NCBI GenBank assembly: GCA_045614725.1
Contig: JAZLDK010000071.1
Span: 1 to 36,407 of the forward strand
Length of the DNA: 36,407 nt
Direction of reading: 5' to 3'
Source of the DNA: Candidatus Enterousia sp.
GTDB taxonomy: Bacteria > Pseudomonadota > Alphaproteobacteria > Rs-D84
Shown here: in pieces, positions 7,747 to 16,072 of the stretch
Numbering within the stretch: position 1 is the first letter of the stretch
Layout of the letters: each line of letters opens with the position of its first letter
Program-made: the position numbers and the translations under genes
The notes under the pieces: model-generated
What the model was told of the DNA's origin: nothing
Seen by the model: the letters and a program-made list of their open reading frames with translations, nothing else
Databases searched by the model: none

Positions 7747-8262
7747 ATGAAAACTTATTTGTGGACTGGTGTTACGGCTGTTTCTATTTTGCCATATATG
7801 AGTGCATATGCCGCGACAATAACAATTAGTTGCGGTTCCAGTTCTGGGGCGGATTATTTTGCAACTACGACATGTGACAGTGCTGATAAAACCACGACTT
7901 TTTATGCCTATCATGGGGGCAAGATTACATGTAGGTCGGGTACTGGGTTGATCGATTATACATGTAATGTGGTTGATTCTGAATGGTCATCATGGACAAA
8001 AAGCGCTACTTATTATTGTGGATCTGGGACATTTAATGGTGGTACCGGATGTTTTTCGTGTGCTGAATATACCGGTGTTCCAGGGGCGACAAGCGCAACT
8101 AGGGTGACTGGCGGTATAGAATCGTGCTATGTGCCAACCGGTCAGGTAGTAACCGATGATGATGGGGCGACATTTGATTTTACCAGTGCTTGTTATTACG
8201 ATGGCACATTTTCCACGCCAGATACCTCGGAGAAGGGTGTATCCAGTTCATCAACCGATTAA
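7747..8262 (+). CDS. Secreted cysteine-rich, Thr/Gly/Ser-rich protein of unknown function (171 aa)
   Basis: Sec signal peptide MKTYLWTGVTAVSILPYMSAYA/ATITI. By my count there are nine Cys in the mature part, including a C-x-x-C (GCFSCAEY). The composition is low-complexity T/G/S-rich and no family is recognised. ATG 7747 has a good RBS; the ORF track starts at 7729. Confidence 0.6.
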   Translation: MKTYLWTGVTAVSILPYMSAYAATITISCGSSSGADYFATTTCDSADKTTTFYAYHGGKITCRSGTGLIDYTCNVVDSEWSSWTKSATYYCGSGTFNGGTGCFSCAEYTGVPGATSATRVTGGIESCYVPTGQVVTDDDGATFDFTSACYYDGTFSTPDTSEKGVSSSSTD

Positions 8263-8276
8263 TATATAGTTTATAA

Positions 8277-9020
8277 ATGTTGTTCAAATTCAAATATCAT
8301 AAAAATTTAGCCCCGGACATATGGGAATCGCCAACGAAAATGAATCCATTGGTGGTTCATTCACTTAAAATGATAGCGGCTGAATTTGTAAATTACCTGT
8401 GCAATTTTGCGAAATTGCCGGTTAGTGTTGCTGATATTCAGGATGTTTTTGTTCATGGATCGATTGCTAATTATTATTGGGATAAATACAGTGATATAGA
8501 TTTGTGCATTGTTGCCGATTTATCAAAACTAAGAAACTATTTACATTCTTCTGATGACTATATTCTGTTTAAGGGGCTGTTAACATCGTGGTACAGGGTT
8601 TATGATATCAGTATTTTTGGACGCGGAATTGATTTGAAAATGATTGATATTCGGGATACAAATAAAACTCTTACTATGATTGTCGGACCTTCTTATTCCT
8701 TAAAAAAAGACCGATGGGAAAAGACGCCTGTTCGATTGACTAAGTCTGAATTACGCACTCAGTGTCGTATCGCGCGTATAAAATATCGTGCAATTATGCG
8801 TCAGTGTCGATATATGTTGCGACACAAAATGCCGTCTGAATATGTTGATGCCTATCTGGTTAATTTGCAAAAGGTTCGTTTGGCCAGCGCGACTTATCAG
8901 GATAATCATCCCGTCACATCCACGACCATGGCATTCAAGATGGTTCGCAATACTGGGACCTTTCGCAAATTGCGCAAGATGTCCAAGGGGCAGCGTTCTA
9001 AAAAATTCAGATTGGAATAA
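8277..9020 (+). CDS. Pol-beta-superfamily nucleotidyltransferase-fold protein with a basic C-terminal tail (247 aa)
   Basis: The motif VFVHGSIANYYWDKYSDIDLCIVAD is hG[GS]-X(9-11)-[DE]h[DE]h, here G-X11-D-X-D (nt 8457-8501), the minimal-NTase signature. It is followed by a helical Arg/Lys-rich region and the tail FRKLRKMSKGQRSKKFRLE. The gene is more AT-rich than the flanking core genes and has a poor RBS 14 nt after the upstream stop. Confidence 0.6.
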   Translation: MLFKFKYHKNLAPDIWESPTKMNPLVVHSLKMIAAEFVNYLCNFAKLPVSVADIQDVFVHGSIANYYWDKYSDIDLCIVADLSKLRNYLHSSDDYILFKGLLTSWYRVYDISIFGRGIDLKMIDIRDTNKTLTMIVGPSYSLKKDRWEKTPVRLTKSELRTQCRIARIKYRAIMRQCRYMLRHKMPSEYVDAYLVNLQKVRLASATYQDNHPVTSTTMAFKMVRNTGTFRKLRKMSKGQRSKKFRLE

Positions 9021-9022
9021 AA

Positions 9023-9337
9023 TTATTTCCCAAATATGAATGAATTATCGCGGCTGATTTCAATAATCACATCAATACTGTCATCATCGGGTGTTTTTTG
9101 ACGTTTTACTTTGCCGCATTTTTCACATTTGTGTGTGATTATAAATTTATCGCCGTCGGGCTGGGCGGCAATTGGTCGCATCATGCCACCGCATGTCGCC
9201 GCGCGGTCGCCGGGATTGTTGTCAACATGTCTTGACCAAAGACACACATGGCAATGATTGGTATATCCATTGCCATGTACAACTGCGCCACAATGGGCGC
9301 AGTTAAAATCTTCAACAGTCTTGGTGAACGATTTCAT
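9023..9337 (-). CDS. RNHCP-domain protein (zinc-ribbon-like, 104 aa)
   Basis: The sequence FNCAHCGAVVHGNGYTNHCHVCLWSRHVD...ATCGGMMRPI...HKCEKCG matches the RNHCP domain pattern (C-x2-C ... [RT]NHC-x2-CLWS-x-H ... C-x2-C). Its start overlaps the gapR stop by 1 nt (TAATG). Confidence 0.75.
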   Translation of the reverse strand: MKSFTKTVEDFNCAHCGAVVHGNGYTNHCHVCLWSRHVDNNPGDRAATCGGMMRPIAAQPDGDKFIITHKCEKCGKVKRQKTPDDDSIDVIIEISRDNSFIFGK

Positions 9338-9585
9338 TATATCCCCAATGCGTTGCGATACATCTGGGTTAATTCGTCCGCTTCGTCCAATTCATCTGGG
9401 TCCAACTTGCGCAGACGTATCATCTGGCGAATGTATTTTGGGTCAAATCCCGCAGATTTTGCCTCGCTATAAATTTCCTTGATATCGGCGGCGATTGCGG
9501 CCGTATCTTCGTTTAATTTTTCGATGCGTTCAATTATGCTTAACAATTGTTGATTGTCAATTGCACCATGATTTGCTTGTTTCAT
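9337..9585 (-). CDS. gapR: GapR/DUF2312-family AT-rich-DNA-binding nucleoid-associated protein (82 aa)
   Basis: The sequence QLLSIIERIEKLNEDTAAIAADIKEIYSEAKSAGFDPKYIRQMIRLRKLD closely parallels Caulobacter GapR (...[49 protein letters not shown]). An RBS (AAGGGGA) is present. Confidence 0.85.
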   Translation of the reverse strand: MKQANHGAIDNQQLLSIIERIEKLNEDTAAIAADIKEIYSEAKSAGFDPKYIRQMIRLRKLDPDELDEADELTQMYRNALGI

Positions 9586-9664
9586 TCTGTTTTCCCCTTG
9601 TTAAATTGCTAAGAATATGATATATCATAAAACGAAAAAATCAAGAAAAACAGGAAGGGAACAT

Positions 9665-11035
9665 ATGAATAAATATACAAAAATTACAGCATCAATCGGC
9701 CCAAAGTGCGAAGATAAAGAAACCCTGACACGCATGATTCGCGCGGGTGTAAATGTTTGTCGCCTTAATTTTAGTCACGACACGGGCGCGACCCAGGGTG
9801 CAAAAATTGATATGATTCGGGAAATATCGACCGAATTAAATACCCCTGTGGCAATAATGATTGATTTGCAGGGGCCAAAGCATCGTATTGGTAATTTTGC
9901 AACCGAAGAAAAATATCCCCTGTTAATCGGCCAGAAGTTTACATTTGATACATTGGATGTCCCGGGTGATTCCACGCGTGTCCAGTTGCCTGATTCGGAT
10001 GTACTGGCATCTTTGAATGTTGGCGACAGAATTTTATTAAACGACGGCAAAATAGAAATGCGCGTTGAATCCGTGCAACCGTCCAAGGTTGATGCCATCG
10101 TTGTGCGTGGTGATGAAATTTGGTCGCGCCGCGGATTTAATTTGCCCGATACAGAAATTGCAACATCTGTCTTGACGGACAAGGACAGGGCGGACCTGGA
10201 ATATGCAATTACCAAGAAACCAGATTGGGTTGCTATATCGTTTGTTCAAAAGCCTGAAGACATTGCCGAGGTTCGTGATTTTATCACCGCACGCACCGCG
10301 CACCCAATAAAAATTATTGCGAAAATTGAACGTCCAAACGCTGTTGAACGTATTTCGGATATCGCCGCCGCGGCCGATGGTATAATGATTGCGCGTGGCG
10401 ACCTGGCGGTCGAGGTTCCTTATGCCGAAGTACCCGCTATATCGCGTCACATTATTCGTGAATGTCGTAAAATGAACAAACCTGTAATTGTTGCAACACA
10501 AATGCTGGGGTCAATGGTGAACAGTGAATTCCCAACCCGTGCGGAAATTACCGATGTTGCGACCGCATCCTATTTGCGTGCGGATTCAACCATGACATCC
10601 GAAGAAACAACCATTGGTATTAATCCAGTAAATGCGATTGAAACAATGGCGAATATATTGCGCCACGCAGACTGTGATGCAATTGCGAATCCATTTGATT
10701 GGTCGCGTGTTGAAAATGTTCCAGAAAATGATTGGTCGCGTTCGGTTGCTTCTATGGCGTACCTTAATCGCGCGTCTGCAATTGTTGTGTTTGCACGCGA
10801 TACAATTGCCACCACCCAGATTTCTTGCCGCAAACCAGACATTCCTGTAATTGCGATATGTAATGAATCTGCGATTGCAAATCAGTTGTGTTTGGCGCGT
10901 GGTGTTTTCCCGATTTATGATAACGAATTATTCGGCATGCGCGATGCGTTTAATGCGGCGCGCCGATTTAATATCAATATGGGAAAATTGGTAATTGTGG
11001 ATGAAGAAAAAATAAGTCTTCGTACATTAGATTAA
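9665..11035 (+). CDS. pyk: Pyruvate kinase
   Basis: The N-terminus KITASIGPKCEDKETLTRMIRAGVNVCRLNFSH, together with IMIARGDLAVEVPYAEVP and VIVATQMLGSM, are canonical pyruvate kinase motifs. ATG 9665 with RBS GGAAGGGA is preferred over the ORF-track start at 9617. Confidence 0.9.
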   Translation: MNKYTKITASIGPKCEDKETLTRMIRAGVNVCRLNFSHDTGATQGAKIDMIREISTELNTPVAIMIDLQGPKHRIGNFATEEKYPLLIGQKFTFDTLDVPGDSTRVQLPDSDVLASLNVGDRILLNDGKIEMRVESVQPSKVDAIVVRGDEIWSRRGFNLPDTEIATSVLTDKDRADLEYAITKKPDWVAISFVQKPEDIAEVRDFITARTAHPIKIIAKIERPNAVERISDIAAAADGIMIARGDLAVEVPYAEVPAISRHIIRECRKMNKPVIVATQMLGSMVNSEFPTRAEITDVATASYLRADSTMTSEETTIGINPVNAIETMANILRHADCDAIANPFDWSRVENVPENDWSRSVASMAYLNRASAIVVFARDTIATTQISCRKPDIPVIAICNESAIANQLCLARGVFPIYDNELFGMRDAFNAARRFNINMGKLVIVDEEKISLRTLD

Positions 11036-11040
11036 CAAAA

Positions 11041-11062
11041 AACCGCCAAGTGCGGTTTTTTA
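11041..11062 (+). terminator. Rho-independent terminator after pyk
   Basis: An AACCGC / GCGGTT stem is followed by TTTTTT. Confidence 0.75.
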
Positions 11063-11066
11063 TATG

Positions 11067-11096
11067 TTGACCCGATTATAACTTTTTTACTAATAT
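11067..11096 (+). promoter_or_regulatory. Candidate promoter (TTGACC-18-TAATAT) placed so that the carboxypeptidase mRNA would be nearly leaderless
   Basis: TTGACC at 11067-11072 and TAATAT at 11091-11096. The ATG at 11104 lies only 7 nt after the -10 element, with no RBS between them. Confidence 0.35.
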
Positions 11097-11103
11097 TTCT
11101 CGT

Positions 11104-12264
11104 ATGGGAAGAATGTTGGCATTTTTTTTACTATCGATGATTTGCCTGCCACTGTATGCGGCCCAATACCGTGCTGCGCTGGTTGCGGATATGGATACTG
11201 GTCGCGTGCTGTACCAAGAAAAAGCAACTGAATTAAATTATCCCGCCAGTTTGACCAAGATAATGACATTGTATCTGACCTTTGATGCGTTGGATCATGG
11301 GCGATTGGCATTGGATGATTATTTAATTGTGTCACAATCGGCCGCCAATGCTGAACCCGTGAAACTGGGGCTGGCGGCGGGTGCAAAAATTCGTGTCGAA
11401 GATGCAATTAAGGCCGTCGCAGTTTACAGTGCGAATGATGTCGCGCGTGTCTTGGCGGAAAATCTTAAAGGTGGCCAGGAAGAATCCTTTGCGGATTTGA
11501 TGACGCGTGTCGCGCGTGAAATTGGTTTAACAAATACGAATTTCGAGAACTCATCTGGTCTGCCGAACGATGATCATATGTCAACCGCGCGTGATATTGC
11601 TTTGTTGTCCATGGCGGTGTATAAACATTTTCCTCAGTATTGGCATTTCTTTGGGATTAAGTCTTGGACCTATAACGGTAAAACATATACTAATGGGAAC
11701 CGACTGCTAAGTTCGTATAATGGCTGTGATGGTATGAAGACCGGATATACCAAAAAATCGAAATATTCATTGGTCGCAACCGCGCACAGACAGGGGCGGC
11801 ATTTAATTTCGGTTGTCTTGGGTGCGGAAAACAAGGATGTGCGTGCAAATGTTGCGGCGCAGATGTTGACCCGTGGATTTACAATGTTGAATAATGGTGA
11901 TACGCCGATTGCGAAAACAACCTATACCGCGCCGGTTGTGAATTCTTCGGACACGGTCGAAGCGCCAACAACTTTTGCGGGCGCATATAATGCGGCGACC
12001 GCGGCCGCAACACCAAAATACAACAACGCGGTCGCGGCGACACCGTCCGGTGGCGCGGGGGTTCAGTTTGGGGCCTTTTCGTCCCAATCCGCCGCCAACG
12101 CCCAGGTTCAAAATGTAAAAAACAAACTGGGGGTTAATGCGACGATTGAACCAAACGGTTCCGGTATGTATCGTGTGCGCGTACATGGGTTATCGGAATC
12201 CGCGGCCCAGGGACTTAAAAAATCCGCCACGGCAAACGGTATTGACAGTTATGTTTTTCATTAG
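11104..12264 (+). CDS. D-alanyl-D-alanine carboxypeptidase (PBP5/6-like, peptidase S11) with a C-terminal SPOR domain
   Basis: It has a signal peptide. The active-site motifs are SxxK (ASLTKIM), SxN (YSAND) and KTG (MKTGYT). An Ala/Thr/Asn-rich linker leads to a SPOR-like end (GVQFGAFSSQSAANAQVQNVKNKL...MYRVRVHGLSESAAQGLKKSATANGIDSYVF). Confidence 0.85.
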   Translation: MGRMLAFFLLSMICLPLYAAQYRAALVADMDTGRVLYQEKATELNYPASLTKIMTLYLTFDALDHGRLALDDYLIVSQSAANAEPVKLGLAAGAKIRVEDAIKAVAVYSANDVARVLAENLKGGQEESFADLMTRVAREIGLTNTNFENSSGLPNDDHMSTARDIALLSMAVYKHFPQYWHFFGIKSWTYNGKTYTNGNRLLSSYNGCDGMKTGYTKKSKYSLVATAHRQGRHLISVVLGAENKDVRANVAAQMLTRGFTMLNNGDTPIAKTTYTAPVVNSSDTVEAPTTFAGAYNAATAAATPKYNNAVAATPSGGAGVQFGAFSSQSAANAQVQNVKNKLGVNATIEPNGSGMYRVRVHGLSESAAQGLKKSATANGIDSYVFH

Positions 12265-12280
12265 TATCGTGTGATATATC

Positions 12281-12877
12281 ATGAATCCAAAAATAGAAAA
12301 GTTAATCAAGTTATTTGCAAAATTACCGCGTGTCGGTTCGCGCGGTGGTCAACGTATCGCGCTTAGTTTATTACAGGATAAAACTGGTCGCAGTGCGGCA
12401 TTGGCGGCGGCATTGTTGGATGCTGCGGAAAATATCGCGCCGTGTGGTTGTTGTGGTGTTTTAACGGACAGGGGGCATAACTGTGAATTTTGTCGTGACG
12501 CATCGCGTGCCAATGGCCAGTTGTGCATCGTTCGTGATTTATCGGATGTTTGGACATTGGAAAAATCGTCGGTGTTTCATGGGCGGTATCATATCATTGG
12601 CGGATTGCTGTCCGGCGCAACCGGTACATTGCCCCAGGATTTGAATATATCGAATCTGGCACAAAGAATCGAAGATGAAAAAATAGCCGAGGTTATTTTT
12701 GCATTACCCAACACGGTCGAGGGTAAAACAACCCAGCACTATATCATGTCCACGCTGGGTGACACATCATCTGTCACATTCACGGAACTTGCGTCCGGTG
12801 TGCCATTGGGTGGTGATTTGGATTATTTGGATGATGGTACATTAACATTGGCGTTTGGGGGGCGTAAATCATTATGA
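12281..12877 (+). CDS. recR: Recombination protein RecR
   Basis: The N-terminus KLIKLFAKLPRVGSRGGQRIALSLL is a helix-hairpin-helix. It has a C4 zinc finger (CGCCGVLTD...CEFC) and a Toprim segment (LCIVRDLSDVWTLEKS..GRYHIIGG). Confidence 0.9.
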   Translation: MNPKIEKLIKLFAKLPRVGSRGGQRIALSLLQDKTGRSAALAAALLDAAENIAPCGCCGVLTDRGHNCEFCRDASRANGQLCIVRDLSDVWTLEKSSVFHGRYHIIGGLLSGATGTLPQDLNISNLAQRIEDEKIAEVIFALPNTVEGKTTQHYIMSTLGDTSSVTFTELASGVPLGGDLDYLDDGTLTLAFGGRKSL

Positions 12878-13698
12878 TAAATTCTGTTGCGGCACTGCCA
12901 CCGGTTTCAGAAATGATGCGCGAATGTGGTCTTGAACCCAAGAAGCAATTTGGTCAAAACTTTTTATTTGATTTGAATCTGACGGGGCGAATCGCGCGCA
13001 GTGTGCCTGATATTACCACCACCCCCGTGGTCGAGGTTGGACCCGGTCCAGCGGGCCTGACACGCGCAATTTTAATGGCTGGCGCACCGCGTGTTGTTGC
13101 CATTGAAAAAGACAAAACAACAAATCCAATTTTGTCGCGTGTTATTGATGCATCGGCGGGTCGTCTGTGTGTGATATATGACGATGCGTTGCGTGTGAAT
13201 TTTTCGGAACTTGGTCTTGATGAATATGCGATATGTGCGAACCTGCCGTATAATGTCGGTACAGAATTGTTGATTGGATGGTTGCATAAAATTGCATCGG
13301 GCGCGGGTATAAAATCCATGACCCTTATGTTCCAGCGCGAGGTTGCCCAGCGTATAACTGCGCATGTTGGTGATGAACACTATGGTCGATTGGCGGTATT
13401 GACATCATTGCTTGCGGATGCGCGTATTTTATTCGATGTTCCGAACACGGCATTTGTCCCACGTCCCAAGGTTCAAAGTGCGGTTGTGCAAATTATTCCG
13501 AACAAAACCAAGATTGCAAAAATTTCTGATTTGGCCAAGATTGAACAAATCACCGCAAGATTGTTTGGCCAGCGCCGTAAAATGATACGCGGAATTATTC
13601 CAAATGTTGATTGGTCGGTATTTGGTTTAACCGGTACCGAACGCGCGGAAAATTTATCGCCAGAAATGTTTGCGCAATTGGCACAAAGTTTGTTATAA
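12874..13698 (+). CDS. rsmA: 16S rRNA (adenine1518/1519-N6)-dimethyltransferase RsmA/KsgA
   Basis: It carries KKQFGQNFLFDLN, the SAM-binding motif VVEVGPGPAGLTRAIL, and NLPYNVGTELL. The start overlaps the recR stop (ATGA). Confidence 0.9.
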   Translation: MINSVAALPPVSEMMRECGLEPKKQFGQNFLFDLNLTGRIARSVPDITTTPVVEVGPGPAGLTRAILMAGAPRVVAIEKDKTTNPILSRVIDASAGRLCVIYDDALRVNFSELGLDEYAICANLPYNVGTELLIGWLHKIASGAGIKSMTLMFQREVAQRITAHVGDEHYGRLAVLTSLLADARILFDVPNTAFVPRPKVQSAVVQIIPNKTKIAKISDLAKIEQITARLFGQRRKMIRGIIPNVDWSVFGLTGTERAENLSPEMFAQLAQSLL

Positions 13699-13723
13699 TT
13701 ATCGCAACAGGGGGAACGGAGAG

Positions 13724-15433
13724 ATGTCTTTATCGCTATTACTATTTTTCGCAACGATATTTGTTTTGGTTTCTCTTTTTCGCATGGCCAATATAGGTGC
13801 GCTGGTTGCGTTTTTATTCGCGGGCGTATTGTCCGGGCCATATGTTTTTAATCTGTTTGAATTGACTGAAACCTGGACCATTCTTGGTGATTTGGGCATA
13901 ATGTTTTTGTGGTTTAATATCGGACTTGAAATAAATATGCGCCGCCTGTGGCGTATGAAGCGCACGGTGTTTGGTTTTGGTGCAACTCAGGTCATGATGG
14001 TTGTGGTTATGTTATTTCCATTGCTGTTTGGATTTACCCAATGGTCGATAATGGGATGTGTAATGGTTGCGCTTATGTTGGCGATGTCCAGCACATCTGT
14101 TGATATGCAATTACTGACCGAACGCAATCAGTTAAATACGGCAATGGGGCGTCAAACTTTTTCCATTTTGTTATTCCAAGATTTGTTATCAATTCCACTG
14201 TTGGCAATGTTGCCGGCATTTGCGGGCAAATCGTTCAGTATGGGCGCGGCGGCGATTGATGTTGTGGTGATATCCGTGGCGTTAATACTTTCGGTTGTTT
14301 TGATTGGTCGTTTTATTATGACACCATTGCTGCGCATGGTATCTAAATTAAAATCGAACGAGGCATTTTTGCTTGCGATTATGCTGAATATCGTTATCTG
14401 GTCGATATTGATGGATTTACTTGGTCTGCCGGCGGGCCTTGGCGCATTTTTGGCGGGTATGTTAATGTCAGAAACAATTTACCGGCATCAAATAACGGCC
14501 AGTGTTTCCCCATATGCGACAATGTTCTTGGCGTTGTTCTTTATCTCGCTTGGCATGGGTTTGAATCTGCCACTGTTGGGCAGTAATTGGTATATCATAT
14601 TACTGGGACTGATTGCGCTGATATCGATAAAATTCTTTGCGATATTTATTGTTGCGCGCGTTCGTGGTATTGCCCTGCCAGATTCCATAATGATTGCGCT
14701 TATTTTGGCCCAAGGTGGCGAATTTGCATTACTTATGCTTCAAACCATCAAGACCAGTGGTATCACCGTATTGCCCACCGCTTCGACCGAGGTTTTAACC
14801 GCCATAATAATTCTGTCGATTATGGCCACACCATTGTTGTTGTGCCTGTTTGATTATCTGCAACGCCGTGGCAAATTATTCCCCCAGCGTTTCCCGCGCA
14901 CCTTGGATGATGCCGACACATCTATTCAGCCCGAGGTCATAGTTTGTGGTTTTGGTCGTGTGGGCCAGATTATCTGTCAAATGTTGGATGTCCAAAAAAT
15001 TCCATATGTTGCGATTGATTTGGATATCAGTTCCGTTATGATGGGGCGCGATATGGGCTTTAATGTTGTCTATGGCAATTGTACCAGTCGTGAAGTATTA
15101 AAAAAATTCGGGCTAAGGCCACGTGCGGTACGTGCGGTTGTTGTTGCGTTGGATAACGCCACCAGTGCGCGTCAGGCAATTGTTATGGCAAAATCCATCG
15201 CCCCGCGTGTCAAGATTTTTGCACGCGCACGCACATTGGCGGATTCCCAGATTTTAATGCGCGAAAAGATAGAGGCCGCATTGCCCGAAACAATAGAATC
15301 GTCGTTCTTTTTGGGATATAGTGTGATGAGTCACCTTGGTATATCAGATGGTAAAATAAACAACCTTTTGTCGAATATGCGCGCCAACAATTATGCGGCA
15401 TTGGGCACACCGATATCCGATTGGAACGATTAG
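13724..15433 (+). CDS. CPA2-family monovalent cation:proton antiporter (KefB/KefC-like) with a C-terminal TrkA-N (RCK) domain
   Basis: A multi-TM Na+/H+-exchanger-type N-terminal domain is followed by a Rossmann GxGxxG motif (VIVCGFGRVGQIICQML). ATG 13724 (MSLSLLLFF..., RBS GGGGAACGGAGAG) is preferred over 13670, which would overlap rsmA. Confidence 0.85.
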   Translation: MSLSLLLFFATIFVLVSLFRMANIGALVAFLFAGVLSGPYVFNLFELTETWTILGDLGIMFLWFNIGLEINMRRLWRMKRTVFGFGATQVMMVVVMLFPLLFGFTQWSIMGCVMVALMLAMSSTSVDMQLLTERNQLNTAMGRQTFSILLFQDLLSIPLLAMLPAFAGKSFSMGAAAIDVVVISVALILSVVLIGRFIMTPLLRMVSKLKSNEAFLLAIMLNIVIWSILMDLLGLPAGLGAFLAGMLMSETIYRHQITASVSPYATMFLALFFISLGMGLNLPLLGSNWYIILLGLIALISIKFFAIFIVARVRGIALPDSIMIALILAQGGEFALLMLQTIKTSGITVLPTASTEVLTAIIILSIMATPLLLCLFDYLQRRGKLFPQRFPRTLDDADTSIQPEVIVCGFGRVGQIICQMLDVQKIPYVAIDLDISSVMMGRDMGFNVVYGNCTSREVLKKFGLRPRAVRAVVVALDNATSARQAIVMAKSIAPRVKIFARARTLADSQILMREKIEAALPETIESSFFLGYSVMSHLGISDGKINNLLSNMRANNYAALGTPISDWND

Positions 15434-15452
15434 TTCAGTTTATATAAAAAAA

Positions 15453-15479
15453 TCCCCCAATTCGGGGGACATTTTATTT
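15453..15479 (+). terminator. Rho-independent terminator after the antiporter gene
   Basis: A TCCCCC / GGGGGA stem is followed by CATTTTATTT. Confidence 0.7.
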
Positions 15480-15506
15480 GATTTTAATATGCCATATTGC
15501 TATATT
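15478..15506 (+). promoter_or_regulatory. Candidate promoter for lspA-yidC (TTGATT-17-TATATT)
   Basis: TTGATT at 15478-15483, a 17-nt spacer, TATATT at 15501-15506. An RBS (AAGGAA) lies before the ATG at 15534. Confidence 0.4.
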
Positions 15507-15533
15507 TTAACCAGCAACCAAGGAATCAGGAAA

Positions 15534-16070
15534 ATGAAAAAGATATTAATCCTTTTGTCGATTATATTTGGCGCAGTTTTACTGGACCAGGTATCCAAGG
15601 GCATATTTTTATACCTTATCACGGGTGGCGTGCCTTTGTTTGGTGATGCATGGACCATTGTTCCGGTGCCGTATTTAATGGCGCATGTGACGGATTTCTT
15701 TAACTTTGTTTTTACATGGAATCCAGGTACATCTTTTTCCCTGTTTCGTGCATTGGGCGAAAGCGCCCCATTGATAATAGTGATTGCAACTGCGCTGATT
15801 ACCGGCGTTATAGTCTATTATCTGTTTGCGCGTGCAAAATCCTATGAACGCATGCCATTGGCGTTAATTGCTGGTGGTGCAATTGGCAATTTGATTGACA
15901 GGGGTCGCTTTGGTGCGGTTGTTGATTTTCTGGATTTTCACATTGGTGGCTATCATTGGCCGGCATTTAACATTGCTGATATTTGCATAGTCGTGGGTGT
16001 TGGTTTATATATATTAAACCTGTATCTGGCGCGTCGTAAATGTATGAAACAAGTAAAGGATGGTAAATAA
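15534..16070 (+). CDS. lspA: Lipoprotein signal peptidase (signal peptidase II)
   Basis: LLDQVSK, FTWNPGTSFSLF and FNIADICIVVG are the conserved LspA blocks, and four TM segments are visible. The internal ATG at 15534 (MKKILILL) is preferred over the ORF-track start. Confidence 0.9.
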   Translation: MKKILILLSIIFGAVLLDQVSKGIFLYLITGGVPLFGDAWTIVPVPYLMAHVTDFFNFVFTWNPGTSFSLFRALGESAPLIIVIATALITGVIVYYLFARAKSYERMPLALIAGGAIGNLIDRGRFGAVVDFLDFHIGGYHWPAFNIADICIVVGVGLYILNLYLARRKCMKQVKDGK

Positions 16071-16072
16071 TC

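Noticed and set aside
12272-12281. The 10-bp palindrome TGATATATCA upstream of and overlapping the recR start, identical to the core of the palindrome at 9618-9627
   Set aside because: Two copies of an AT-rich 10-mer in 36 kb are within chance expectation, since hundreds of identical 10-mer pairs are expected. There is no further shared flanking sequence.
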